64,000 nt of DNA, from positions 64,001 through 128,000 of the IMG/VR virus record IMGVR_UViG_3300021364_003460; one strand, given 5' to 3'. Shown in pieces: positions 1 to 9,194 of this stretch. Every line of letters begins with the position of its first letter. The stretch's first letter is position 1. The position numbers were made by a program, and so were the translations under genes. The DNA is from a virus. Under the pieces are notes generated by a model, which was not told the origin of the DNA, searched no databases, and was given only the letters and a program-made list of their open reading frames with translations.

Positions 1-47
1 TAACCAAAAGTGATTTTACAGAGTGGGCTTACTATCCTTTTTAAAAT

Positions 48-323
48 ATGAATAGTTGGATTGCAGATTACTTTGTAGATAGCTTTAAAAGTATAGCTTC
101 TGAACTACCTAGCTATTCTCTCTGTAAAATAAATAAAATATTAGTAGATGAAATGCTAAGTAGGTATGATAAACTTAATCAGCAAACTAATCTATCTACT
201 AAGGAACAAAAAGAGCTGACTCTAATTAAAGACTTTATTAGAAAAGAGGATACTAGAATTGTAGAGTCTGGTAAATTGGAAGATAGAATTAATAAATATT
301 TGGATGAACATTTACCTAAATAA
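48..323 (+). CDS. hypothetical protein
   Basis: 91-aa ORF in the + strand gene run; no recognisable motif. Confidence 0.6.
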   Translation: MNSWIADYFVDSFKSIASELPSYSLCKINKILVDEMLSRYDKLNQQTNLSTKEQKELTLIKDFIRKEDTRIVESGKLEDRINKYLDEHLPK

Positions 324-402
324 AACTTATGTTTACAATCTTTATGTTAACTTGTATAGTAGTCTTTTATATGATAGCAATGAATCTATTATCTGATTAG
401 TA

Positions 403-431
403 TTGCATTCTAAACAAACATAAGCTACTAT
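403..431 (+). promoter_or_regulatory. sigma70-like promoter
   Basis: TTGCAT (403-408), 17-nt spacer, TACTAT (426-431) upstream of ORF 472. Confidence 0.45.
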
Positions 432-471
432 AGTTAAACATTAAAATAAACAATTAAATATAAAACTAAAT

Positions 472-792
472 ATGGATAGTACATTAGAAAGCCAAGTTAT
501 TGAAACAGTTTACCCAGAAGGTAGCCCTTGTGCTAGTGGAGCTTGTCCCATGCCTGCTGAATTAGAAGTAGAAGAAACTCTAATTGCTAAAAATGACTTA
601 GTAATCTTCAATCTTAGAGGTAATGTACGCTCAGGTAAAGTAATATCTAAAGGTAAAGTTCACTTAGGTATTGATACTATTGGTATGAAGTCTAATACTA
701 AAATTCCTGTTACTACAGAATTAGTTCCTATGACAGTATTTGTAGAGAAAGCTATCTTAGATAGTTTGGAAGCTGAAGTAGAAGCAGCTTAA
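472..792 (+). CDS. hypothetical protein ending in -EAA
   Basis: 106-aa ORF; no family recognised. Confidence 0.65.
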   Translation: MDSTLESQVIETVYPEGSPCASGACPMPAELEVEETLIAKNDLVIFNLRGNVRSGKVISKGKVHLGIDTIGMKSNTKIPVTTELVPMTVFVEKAILDSLEAEVEAA

Positions 793-821
793 ATATAATT
801 AGTAAAATACAGTAAACAAAA

Positions 822-846
822 AGCTCTCTATTAAGGGAGCTATTTT
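822..846. terminator. intergenic hairpin, possible intrinsic terminator
   Basis: AGCTCTCT-ATTA-AGGGAGCT flanked by an A-run and ATTTT. Confidence 0.4.
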
Positions 847-847
847 A

Positions 848-1108
848 ATGTCTACTAAAGGATACATATACTTCATAGTTGACTATGACAAGAGAGAAGT
901 TAAAATAGGGTATTCAAAACACCCTCAACAAAGACTAAAAGAACTAAAAACTTCTAACTCTGGTAATCTTGTATTAGCTAAAGTAGTACCTGGAACTAGA
1001 ATAGATGAAAAGAAATATCATAGAGTTTTCTGTCATAGTAGAATACGTAGAGAGTGGTTTCAGTTAACTCTAGAAATAGAAGAGTTTATAAATAGAGAAG
1101 CTGCATGA
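848..1108 (+). CDS. GIY-YIG superfamily (T5orf172/MUG113-like) protein
   Basis: GYIYFI...VKIGYS..P..RL..L, E...H..F...R...EWF pattern. Confidence 0.8.
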   Translation: MSTKGYIYFIVDYDKREVKIGYSKHPQQRLKELKTSNSGNLVLAKVVPGTRIDEKKYHRVFCHSRIRREWFQLTLEIEEFINREAA

Positions 1109-1338
1109 ATTTAAAAGAGCATTATAAATGGAAAGAGTATATTAATCTACCTTTAATAGAACTTATAAAAGAATATGAAACTTGGATAGATGATATAGCT
1201 AAAGAAGAAATATCTTATAAAATCTATCAATATTATTTAAAACATAAATGTTTAACCGTTAAACAAAAAGAACAAATAGTTGCTAAATTGGTAGACTTAT
1301 ATGTTATATATGATTTAGATGAAGGCATGGTTATATGA
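1105..1338 (+). CDS. hypothetical protein
   Basis: 77-aa ORF with ATGA overlaps at both ends. Confidence 0.6.
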   Translation: MNLKEHYKWKEYINLPLIELIKEYETWIDDIAKEEISYKIYQYYLKHKCLTVKQKEQIVAKLVDLYVIYDLDEGMVI

Positions 1339-2402
1339 ATCTAGGTATTTACATATCTAACTTAAAGTGTTTTGAAAAGTATGAAGATGCTAATGTTATC
1401 TTTCAGTTGTCTTCCACTTTTGAACATACTATGTCTAAAAAACTGGATAAGTATGTTGAAAGTAAAGTGCACTACAATTTTGATATAACTAATAATCCTA
1501 AATTTATTACTACATACACAAGAGAATTTGAGAAGACTCAATCTCTACCTACTGTTAATGAAAAATGTAATAAAATGTTTAATTATTACAGACCTACATA
1601 TAACTTAGAAACTGGAGAGTACAACATCTTTCCTGGTAGGGATTATCTTTTACATTACAAACTTCTGTATAGTTATCAAAGTAATAAGCTTAATGCAGCC
1701 TCTAAATTACAGAATCCTAGAGAGATTGATCTACCAGGTATTCCTCATCATTTAATATGGGATAGTTTAAAAGTACCAACTAATCTTAATAAGACTGTAA
1801 TTTTAGGTTATGTAGAAGCTTTCCATGATTTAGAGCCAGATGCTTGGGGAGAGCTTCATTATGATAAGAATTATGAGTTTGGTTGGTGGAATCATGTTAA
1901 TAAACCTATTACTTTATTAGGATGTAATTATAGTTATTGGGGTGATATCTCCTCAGTTCTCATTCATAAGTTAGCTAGCTATGGGGTAGAAAATGTACTT
2001 TACATAGGTAAATTAACTTCACTAAATGGAGTATCTGCTCATCTTAGTTCTATTGTTTCAGGTAACATATCCTATCTTAAAGGAGAAATGATTGATTGGA
2101 ATAGTAATAACTTATGTAGTGAGCTAAACCTACCTCAAGTTAGACACTATACTTTACCCAGTCACATGCTAGAGACTAAAGCATGGGCAGTAAAAGCTAG
2201 AACTATGTTTGATATTACTGATAGTAAGATTGGTTACATGGCTAAACAATCTATTAACTGTGGTATTAATTTTGGCTATATAGGTTTGATTACTAGATAC
2301 CTATTTAATGAAGAGAATGAATTAGATATACATAAGTTTAAAAGTAAGAAAAGAAAGTCATTTAGTAATATAAAAGATTTAGTTAAAAAGCTACCTATAT
2401 GA
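1335..2402 (+). CDS. nucleoside phosphorylase (PNP/UDP)-fold protein, divergent
   Basis: SYWGDI...LASYGVENVLYIGKL, H.TLPS..LET, and FGYIGLIT segments follow the PNP_UDP strand order. Confidence 0.45.
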   Translation: MNLGIYISNLKCFEKYEDANVIFQLSSTFEHTMSKKLDKYVESKVHYNFDITNNPKFITTYTREFEKTQSLPTVNEKCNKMFNYYRPTYNLETGEYNIFPGRDYLLHYKLLYSYQSNKLNAASKLQNPREIDLPGIPHHLIWDSLKVPTNLNKTVILGYVEAFHDLEPDAWGELHYDKNYEFGWWNHVNKPITLLGCNYSYWGDISSVLIHKLASYGVENVLYIGKLTSLNGVSAHLSSIVSGNISYLKGEMIDWNSNNLCSELNLPQVRHYTLPSHMLETKAWAVKARTMFDITDSKIGYMAKQSINCGINFGYIGLITRYLFNEENELDIHKFKSKKRKSFSNIKDLVKKLPI

Positions 2403-2587
2403 CTACAAAACAACAAATAGAAAAGTTTAGACAATACTGGGGTATTTCTGAAGTAGAAATGTCTAAGTTGCAACAGTTAATTATAGATGATTTTCTAGAA
2501 ATAAAGAAAGCTAAGTTAGAAAAACAGTTAGAAGAATACTGTAGTCAGATTACTTTTACTAACTATCATGGAGAAGTATTGTGGTAG
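2399..2587 (+). CDS. hypothetical protein
   Basis: 62-aa ORF coupled to the upstream stop. Confidence 0.55.
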   Translation: MTTKQQIEKFRQYWGISEVEMSKLQQLIIDDFLEIKKAKLEKQLEEYCSQITFTNYHGEVLW

Positions 2588-2600
2588 ATAAAAGGATAAC

Positions 2601-2780
2601 ATGAGTTAACCTTTTAGAAGTGAAGCCTACAGTAAAGAGTTTGATTTAGCAGATGATGGATTAAAGTTAACAGATGTTACTGAGGTGTTTGATTCTGCTG
2701 CTGATGCTATGATAGAAGACTTCAACATTCCTACAGATGAAGAAGTCACAGCAGTGTTTATTAGAGAGGTAAGTGAATGA
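2601..2780 (+). pseudogene. small acidic protein gene with TAA at codon 3
   Basis: AAGGA RBS then ATG AGT TAA CCT TTT AGA...; the frame stays open for 56 more codons to a TGA overlapping the ATG at 2777. Confidence 0.55.
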
Positions 2781-3226
2781 GAGGTACTTTAAGTTTACGC
2801 AACAACACTATAACAGTAAACCAAAAGTATAGATGTACAGATGCTATACTAGTTGATTTTATTACTCACCTTACATTGAACGCCCCTCCAGAGAATACTG
2901 TTACTGCTGACAGAGGTAGCTTTCAAGAGTTAGAGCAATACCTAGCAGCTAACTTTCCTGAGTATACCTTTGGATTTAAGTTAGATAAAGTAGCTCAACC
3001 CGCCAGCTTTGATAAGCTAGATAAACCCTTCTTGATAACAGAAGATTGGGTTTACTTTCAGATGTATCAAGGAGGTTTAAGACAACCTAACTTATTCCTA
3101 CTAGTAATCTCAGAAGCTAAGTCTTTAATAGAAAAAGTTAAAGGTAAACAAAGTTATCTCATCTTGAAATGTGTAGAAGACAAAGGTAAAGTCAAGTTAG
3201 TTGAAGTAAAAGATAACTATTTGTAG
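2777..3226 (+). CDS. hypothetical protein
   Basis: 149-aa ORF, GAGG RBS. Confidence 0.65.
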   Translation: MRGTLSLRNNTITVNQKYRCTDAILVDFITHLTLNAPPENTVTADRGSFQELEQYLAANFPEYTFGFKLDKVAQPASFDKLDKPFLITEDWVYFQMYQGGLRQPNLFLLVISEAKSLIEKVKGKQSYLILKCVEDKGKVKLVEVKDNYL

Positions 3227-3247
3227 TTAGTTTAAGCTGGCTGAAAT

Positions 3248-3928
3248 ATGTCAGCTATATCATATATGAAAAAAGTAACAATATGGAAAGCTATAGATAG
3301 CACAAAGTTTAGTAATGCAGCAGATTGTATTACTTATGAAAGTAAAATAAACCCTCAATATAAAGAGTACCTTACAATTACAGATTACTTAAAAGATATT
3401 TATGCTAGAGTAACTGTTCAACTTTATAAACACTATCTTACTAAAATGAATAATAGTTGGTCTTGCCTGTTGAGAAGTAGACAAGATTACGGTTACAAAA
3501 TAGCCCACTGGGTAAAGATTTTAGAGAATAATAGAGCTATTTGGGATTACACTAAAGTTCCAGCCAATATACCTTTAAGTGAGTTTATTTATAATAGAAA
3601 TCTTATTCAATCTAATTGTAGTGAGGTAGTTCAAATATACTTACCAAAGAAGCTGCTAACTTTAGACGTATTAGAAGATGTCTCTGAACAAGTAAAGTAT
3701 AAAGTTAATAATATTGAAGGATTTTATAAAGTTAGAATTGAATATGTAAGTTCTACTGTTTTTAGAGGTGCCTCTTTGTACTTATATACTTTAACTAATA
3801 AGAACAAGTTAACTTATGAAATTAGTAGAAGTTTGTATGATGTCTACTCAATCAAAGCTTACGTAAATGACACACCCACTACTTTAAAAGAACAGTATAA
3901 GAAGCTAATTATAGATTTACAAACATGA
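3248..3928 (+). CDS. hypothetical protein
   Basis: 226-aa ORF. Confidence 0.65.
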   Translation: MSAISYMKKVTIWKAIDSTKFSNAADCITYESKINPQYKEYLTITDYLKDIYARVTVQLYKHYLTKMNNSWSCLLRSRQDYGYKIAHWVKILENNRAIWDYTKVPANIPLSEFIYNRNLIQSNCSEVVQIYLPKKLLTLDVLEDVSEQVKYKVNNIEGFYKVRIEYVSSTVFRGASLYLYTLTNKNKLTYEISRSLYDVYSIKAYVNDTPTTLKEQYKKLIIDLQT

Positions 3929-4110
3929 AAGGAAATATAGAAAAGGGTGAACACTATGTTATAGATAGTAAACCTTATGAAGACACTACTTAGTTAGAGA
4001 GAATAGAGTTTAAAGATGGAGAGATAGTTTATACAAAAGACTATGTATTAGTAGATAGTGAAGAGGTTAACTTTCTTATTTTAGATGGAACTATATTAGT
4101 GAATTATTAA
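3925..4110 (+). pseudogene. small protein gene with in-frame TAG
   Basis: ATGA-coupled start; reads MKGNIEKGEHYVIDSKPYEDTT*LERIEFKDGEIVYTKDY...VNY*; TAG at 3991-3993. Confidence 0.55.
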
Positions 4111-4112
4111 AA

Positions 4113-5582
4113 TTGAATATGCTTCAACTTACAGTTGGAAAGGAAGTAGATTACTTTTACATAACTAATGCTTCTGATTTAATAGAGGCAGTTAACAATA
4201 TTGAAAAAGCATTAGAATCTACAGATAAAATACTTGCAGTAGATACAGAAACCTATCCTTTATATAACATTTATGGAGATAGAGCTGATTTTAGAGACCC
4301 ACACACAACAGCTACTAGATTAATACAGGTCAATGTATCTTATAATAATACTCCTTATATCTTTGACTTCTTAAAAATAGGTAGAGAAGGTTTTCAACCT
4401 TTAGTTGATTTATTAATGAGGAAAGATATAAGAAAAGTAGGTCACAATTTTAAGTATGATATTAAGCAACTTAAAGCAAGTTTAAATGTGTGGCTACCTA
4501 ACTCCTGGTGTACTTTGGTGATGGCAGCTAGAGTTAATGTATGTACTGGATTCAGAGCAGGTCAAATGAGAGGTAACTCTTTAAAAGCATTAGCTAGAGA
4601 TTACTTTGGTATTGATTTATCTAAAACAGAACAAAAATCAGACTGGTCTAATCCTAATCTTGCTTCTGAACAGTTAGAATATGCTGCTTTAGATGTTAGT
4701 AAAGGAAAAAGCCATACTCAACTAAAGCATTCTGTACTGCTAGATTTATATTATCTATTTCACAATCTACTTTATACTCCTGCACCTAAAGGTTTTGGAG
4801 GTCACTGTAAACTTAAAGACTTTAAAGAACCTATTGAAGTAGACCAAGCAGCTAACTCTATACTTGCTAAGATTGAGTATAATGGAATGCCAGTATCTAA
4901 GAAGATGCTAGACCTAATTTACTCTACAGCTAGTAAAGAAGTAGAAGAATTAAAGTTGTATCTTTGTAAGAGCTTTGGTTTACCTATTCAACAAGCACTT
5001 GATTATACAGATGAAGGGGCTAAAGTAATCACTATTCTTAGTGAGGAAACTCAAAAGACTCTCAATAATCCTAAGAAACTAGTACAATTAGTTAATAAGA
5101 CTTTGAAGAAACAAGGGATTGAGTTAACTAATGTATTGTCAGATTCACTAGAGGAAGCTTTGAAGAAACTAAAAGCTAAAGAGTCTGAAGAAGAGCCTGA
5201 TGAAGAAGAGGAGTTTTATTGGGAAGATGAGGAGGAAAGCGTAGAGTGGAATATAGATTTAATAGACAAATTAATTAAGTATAAAGAGTTAAGTAAATTA
5301 GTTAGTATTGACTATAGAAAGTTGATTAACCCTGTTACTGGTAGAGTTCATAGTAGTTATCAATGTATTGGTGCTAGTACAGGTAGAATGAGTAGTGGAG
5401 GTAAAGGTAGCTTTAATGTGCAACAGATTTCGAGTAAAACAGTAGTTATAGAAATAGAAGAAACTGATCATCCTTATATCAGTTCTTCTCAAATAAACTT
5501 TACGCAGCTTTCTGACTTAGAAGATAATCTTGAGATTGATAAAACTGTTGAGCTTTGTCATACTTCCTCTGCATATAAATAG
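4113..5582 (+). CDS. polA: DNA polymerase family A, N-terminal piece (3'-5' exonuclease, thumb, start of palm)
   Basis: ExoI AVDTETY, ExoII VGHNFKYD, ExoIII YAALD; TGRVH...ASTGRMSS...NVQQI; TTG start in track, ATG at 4119. Confidence 0.92.
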   Translation: MNMLQLTVGKEVDYFYITNASDLIEAVNNIEKALESTDKILAVDTETYPLYNIYGDRADFRDPHTTATRLIQVNVSYNNTPYIFDFLKIGREGFQPLVDLLMRKDIRKVGHNFKYDIKQLKASLNVWLPNSWCTLVMAARVNVCTGFRAGQMRGNSLKALARDYFGIDLSKTEQKSDWSNPNLASEQLEYAALDVSKGKSHTQLKHSVLLDLYYLFHNLLYTPAPKGFGGHCKLKDFKEPIEVDQAANSILAKIEYNGMPVSKKMLDLIYSTASKEVEELKLYLCKSFGLPIQQALDYTDEGAKVITILSEETQKTLNNPKKLVQLVNKTLKKQGIELTNVLSDSLEEALKKLKAKESEEEPDEEEEFYWEDEEESVEWNIDLIDKLIKYKELSKLVSIDYRKLINPVTGRVHSSYQCIGASTGRMSSGGKGSFNVQQISSKTVVIEIEETDHPYISSSQINFTQLSDLEDNLEIDKTVELCHTSSAYK

Positions 5583-6381
5583 TAGCACCTACATACAAAT
5601 AATCTAAAAGTTTATTTAAATTAAACCTACCACCAAATCTTATATCAGAAGTATACTCATTACCATTTTTATAAGCAACAACTGAAGAAGTTATATTATG
5701 TTTTTCTAATAAGTAATCTTTAAGTTGATTACAAAATAAACTAGAACTAGTGATGCTTACTCCTGTTTTGTTAAGATCAGTTAAATTATTTATTGTTTTA
5801 GGAATAATTATACATCCGTCTCCATCTAAATAACCTCTTACAAAGTGTCTCATTAAATCAGCAGGAACTCCAATTGGCATTTCTAAGATTTTAGATTTTG
5901 CAGGAATACACCCTTTTGCAATAAGAGATTCTACAAAAGGCTTGTTGTATATACTTAATGTAGTAAAAGGGTTGCCGTTCTTTTCTCCATAACCTGCTGT
6001 TTTATAATAGGTTCTTATATCGCAATTAGATTCTAAACAATCTCTTAAATTATACAACAAGTATTCATCAGATTGAGTTAAGGTTATAGCAAACTTATGA
6101 GTATACTTATGTATGCTAGTATTTCCATCTGCAAAAATTAAACCTAAAAAGTAAGCTTTCTCTTCAGAATCTATTACTTCAAAATAAGTGTAGTTTAAAG
6201 TATGCCAACTACTAGCATCCTGATAACCCTTAATCTTAATACCTCTTCTTTTTAATACACCTAATATAGCTTGAGGAGAAACATTATATTCCCTTGACAA
6301 TTCTACAGACCTTTTTCCAGCTAAATAACTATTTACAATATCAATCTTTTGTTGATCATTCAATCTATTAGGTATTCCCAT
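5500..6381 (-). CDS. LAGLIDADG homing endonuclease with N-terminal HTH, antisense within split polA
   Basis: two motifs AYFLGLIFADG and FVRGYLDGDG; HTH-like SVELSREYNVSPQAI. Confidence 0.92.
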   Translation of the reverse strand: MGIPNRLNDQQKIDIVNSYLAGKRSVELSREYNVSPQAILGVLKRRGIKIKGYQDASSWHTLNYTYFEVIDSEEKAYFLGLIFADGNTSIHKYTHKFAITLTQSDEYLLYNLRDCLESNCDIRTYYKTAGYGEKNGNPFTTLSIYNKPFVESLIAKGCIPAKSKILEMPIGVPADLMRHFVRGYLDGDGCIIIPKTINNLTDLNKTGVSITSSSLFCNQLKDYLLEKHNITSSVVAYKNGNEYTSDIRFGGRFNLNKLLDYLYVGATIYMQRKYDKAQQFYQSQDYLLSQKAA

Positions 6382-6447
6382 AGTACATTTAAATTAAACA
6401 TTAAAGTGTACTTTACATAGAACAAAGTAATATTAAATAGGCAATTA

Positions 6448-7461
6448 ATGAAAAAGAAAACAAGAGTAAGTTTAAGACATGCTTTTGTAGCCCCTAAAGG
6501 TATGCTTATTGCTAGTAGCGATTTCTCTGCTCAGGAATTTCGCAATGCAGGGGCATTATCTAAAGATGTAAACATAGCTAAAATTTACAAACTAGAAAAA
6601 GAATATATAGATAAAATAAGACCTAAACCCATTAACCCTTTAACTAATAAATCTTATGATGACCCTGCCTGTGACCCTCATATTCAAGCAGCAGTACCTT
6701 TAGACAATGAAGTTAAAAGAATAGTATTAGAAGAACCTTGGAGAGCTATAAAAGAAGACCTACATGTAGGACCTTGGAGGCAGAAAGGTAAGGTAATGAA
6801 TTACAGACTTATTTACTTATGTTCTGCTATGTCTTTAGCTCCAGAATTAGGAGTAAGTAAAGAAGAAGCTCAAGCTTTTATAGATAAATATTTCTCATAT
6901 CCTGATGGATTCTATGGTTTAGGTGAATATTTAAAATCAACAGCTCTTATAGGTAGTGAAGTTAGATGGGTTAGAACTGCTACAGGAGAACTTATTTTTG
7001 TGAATGAATCAAACAGCAAGGGTTTATCTGACTCAGGTGCAGCAAGTCGTAAAAGTGTAAATAGTCCAAATCAAGGTTTAGGTTCTACTCAAAAAAAGAT
7101 AGCTTTAGCTTTAGCTGATAAAAAGTTTACTAAATTAAATGATAAATATAGAAATGTAATTAGAGGAAGAGAGGGTGTACTAGGAGGAGAGATCCATGAT
7201 GAGTCGTTAGCTTTTATACCAGGAGAATGTTACTTCCACTTAGTACCTGATGAAAAGTTAAATGAAAAATATAATACTGATATCTATGTTAAACCTCAGG
7301 TAGAGTTTGATGAAAATATAGGGGAACATGCTTTAGCTTTAGAATATGGAGCAGCCTTAAAAAGTTCTATGGAAGAAGCAATGCAAGAAACCTTTGATAT
7401 TATAGGAACTGATATTCCTCCAGGAAGTTCAGTAGAAGTAGCTCCTTGGTGGATTCACTAG
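6448..7461 (+). CDS. polA: DNA polymerase family A, C-terminal piece (motifs A, B, C)
   Basis: LRHAFVAP, motif A SDFSAQEFR, motif B RQKGKVMNYRLIY, motif C EIHDE. Confidence 0.9.
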   Translation: MKKKTRVSLRHAFVAPKGMLIASSDFSAQEFRNAGALSKDVNIAKIYKLEKEYIDKIRPKPINPLTNKSYDDPACDPHIQAAVPLDNEVKRIVLEEPWRAIKEDLHVGPWRQKGKVMNYRLIYLCSAMSLAPELGVSKEEAQAFIDKYFSYPDGFYGLGEYLKSTALIGSEVRWVRTATGELIFVNESNSKGLSDSGAASRKSVNSPNQGLGSTQKKIALALADKKFTKLNDKYRNVIRGREGVLGGEIHDESLAFIPGECYFHLVPDEKLNEKYNTDIYVKPQVEFDENIGEHALALEYGAALKSSMEEAMQETFDIIGTDIPPGSSVEVAPWWIH

Positions 7462-7504
7462 ATTAATACTTATTTTACACAACCAACACAAAAAGACAAC
7501 TTAA

Positions 7505-7708
7505 ATGAAGTTTACTTACAATCAATCATTTTTTAGTAAATACACTTTAATTATTAATGATGATGACACTGTATTTTTATCTAATAATAATTATAGTGCC
7601 AAAGACGGGTTGTGTAATGTACCTTTTATACTTCCTTTTTTAAAAGATAGAGGTTTAACTGTAGAAAACTTTACAGGATTAAAAGAATATTTAGAAGAAG
7701 ACAACTAA
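7505..7708 (+). CDS. hypothetical protein
   Basis: 67-aa ORF. Confidence 0.55.
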   Translation: MKFTYNQSFFSKYTLIINDDDTVFLSNNNYSAKDGLCNVPFILPFLKDRGLTVENFTGLKEYLEEDN

Positions 7709-7813
7709 ATGAAGTTTTCTAACTAAGACTTTACCTTTCTTAAGTAAACTAACTTACTCCCATAACTAATACAGTTAACTAACTTATTCTTTATTTAGAG
7801 TTTAGTTAACTGT

Positions 7814-7984
7814 ATGAAAAAAGAAAGTATACTAACATTTATACAATTCTTATTTAGTTTTATAACTATAGTATTCTGTATGTACCAGATTAAACATACT
7901 TCAGGGGATGTATCTGTTTATATATCTTTGATATCAAGCATACTTGGTTATTGGCTACCTTCACCTATAGAAAATAAAAGATAA
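7814..7984 (+). CDS. 56-aa two-TM membrane protein (holin-like), below track cutoff
   Basis: MKKESILTFIQFLFSFITIVFCMYQIKHTSGDVSVYISLISSILGYWLPSPIENKR; stop overlaps the next ATG. Confidence 0.6.
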   Translation: MKKESILTFIQFLFSFITIVFCMYQIKHTSGDVSVYISLISSILGYWLPSPIENKR

Positions 7985-8427
7985 TGGGAACTTACTATTT
8001 CTTATATAGAAAAGATAATAATACTGCTTTTGACTTAGGTAAAAGTAATTTTGCTACTAACTTTGGATATTCTGTATCTACTAAAGATAATATCCTAAGT
8101 ATTATAGACAAGGAGGATCTTCTAAATTGGGTAGTCTTAGCTTACTCTTACAATGAATTTGTTAATCCTGCTGATTGTTTATTAATAAGAGATAGGTTGT
8201 TAGACTTTTTAAAAGGAGCTTACAAGAGAGATGTATGTTTTATAAGAGATGAAAGTTTAGGAGACCTTTTAGAAAGAAATATTTATGAGATAGTTACTCA
8301 CGATATCTATATTAATAGAGAAGAAATAAGTAAATATGTTTTTATTAGTAATATTGAAGAGTATAGTAAAAATCCTCTTAGTTGGTTTAAGAAAAATAAT
8401 ATAAGTAAATTAGGCAGTAATGACTAA
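7984..8427 (+). CDS. hypothetical protein
   Basis: 147-aa ORF. Confidence 0.6.
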   Translation: MGTYYFLYRKDNNTAFDLGKSNFATNFGYSVSTKDNILSIIDKEDLLNWVVLAYSYNEFVNPADCLLIRDRLLDFLKGAYKRDVCFIRDESLGDLLERNIYEIVTHDIYINREEISKYVFISNIEEYSKNPLSWFKKNNISKLGSND

Positions 8428-8590
8428 AAAAATATTCTTAATTAATGATGACAATCCTAAAGGTAAAAGAGTTTATCAGGAGTTCAAATCTAATGAAGAA
8501 GATATAGCAGATGAAATATTAGAGACTGCTGAAAAAGAAGACTTACCCTTTAGAAAGTTTACTTTATTTACTAATGATAAAAAGAAATAA
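8420..8590 (+). CDS. 56-aa hypothetical protein, below track cutoff
   Basis: MTKKIFLINDDNPKG...TNDKKK* fills the gap and overlaps both neighbours. Confidence 0.5.
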   Translation: MTKKIFLINDDNPKGKRVYQEFKSNEEDIADEILETAEKEDLPFRKFTLFTNDKKK

Positions 8591-9194
8591 GCCATATTGT
8601 TTTATTATCTGGGGTTACTCTGATTCAGGTAAAGATACAGTTTATTCTTTATTACAAAAACATATACCTGAATTACAAAATATAAAATGGGTTGCTCCAG
8701 CTAAGAGAATGCTAGAAGATTGGTTGCAAATACCAGTAGGCTCTCTAGATGACAAAAGTTTTAGGAAATATACTAAAGTTAAAAATACTGTTACTGAAGA
8801 GTTAGAAAGTAGAACTTATGGTGATTTAATTGTAAGTTCATTTCATGCTTGGGAACATTTAACCCCAGGAGGCTGGCTAACAGTTGGTCATGTAGTTGAT
8901 CAATTGTTAACTAACTACATAGGTAAAGATAGTAGATTTGATATAGCATTTACTGACACTAGAAAACCTATTGAATTAGAAGCTATCAAAACTAAGTTGG
9001 CATGTCACTATAATTTAGTGTTCATTAATATAGTAGGTAGAGGAGAACAAAAGTCATCTGATAAGTTTCTTAGTGTAGAAGACTTTATGTTTATAGATAA
9101 TATGTACTGGATATTTAATACACCTGATGTAACTTTAGATGAGTTAGAGTCTAAAGTGAAAAGGATATTGAATAACCTACTAAATGAAGAATAA
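8574..9194 (+). CDS. deoxynucleoside monophosphate kinase
   Basis: P-loop GYSDSGKDT, W.APAKRML, FTDTR...E. Confidence 0.75.
   Translation: MIKRNKPYCFIIWGYSDSGKDTVYSLLQKHIPELQNIKWVAPAKRMLEDWLQIPVGSLDDKSFRKYTKVKNTVTEELESRTYGDLIVSSFHAWEHLTPGGWLTVGHVVDQLLTNYIGKDSRFDIAFTDTRKPIELEAIKTKLACHYNLVFINIVGRGEQKSSDKFLSVEDFMFIDNMYWIFNTPDVTLDELESKVKRILNNLLNEE

Noticed and set aside
5430-6471. Group I intron or split intein in polA
   Set aside because: No P3/P4/P7 elements visible and only about 70 nt flank the endonuclease; no intein block A or terminal His-Asn plus Cys/Ser/Thr. A cryptic intron overlapping the antisense ORF cannot be fully excluded without Infernal or RT-PCR
7703-7782. Five AACTAA hexamers as replication iterons
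   Set aside because: Irregular spacing, and the hexamer is common in this AT-rich sequence
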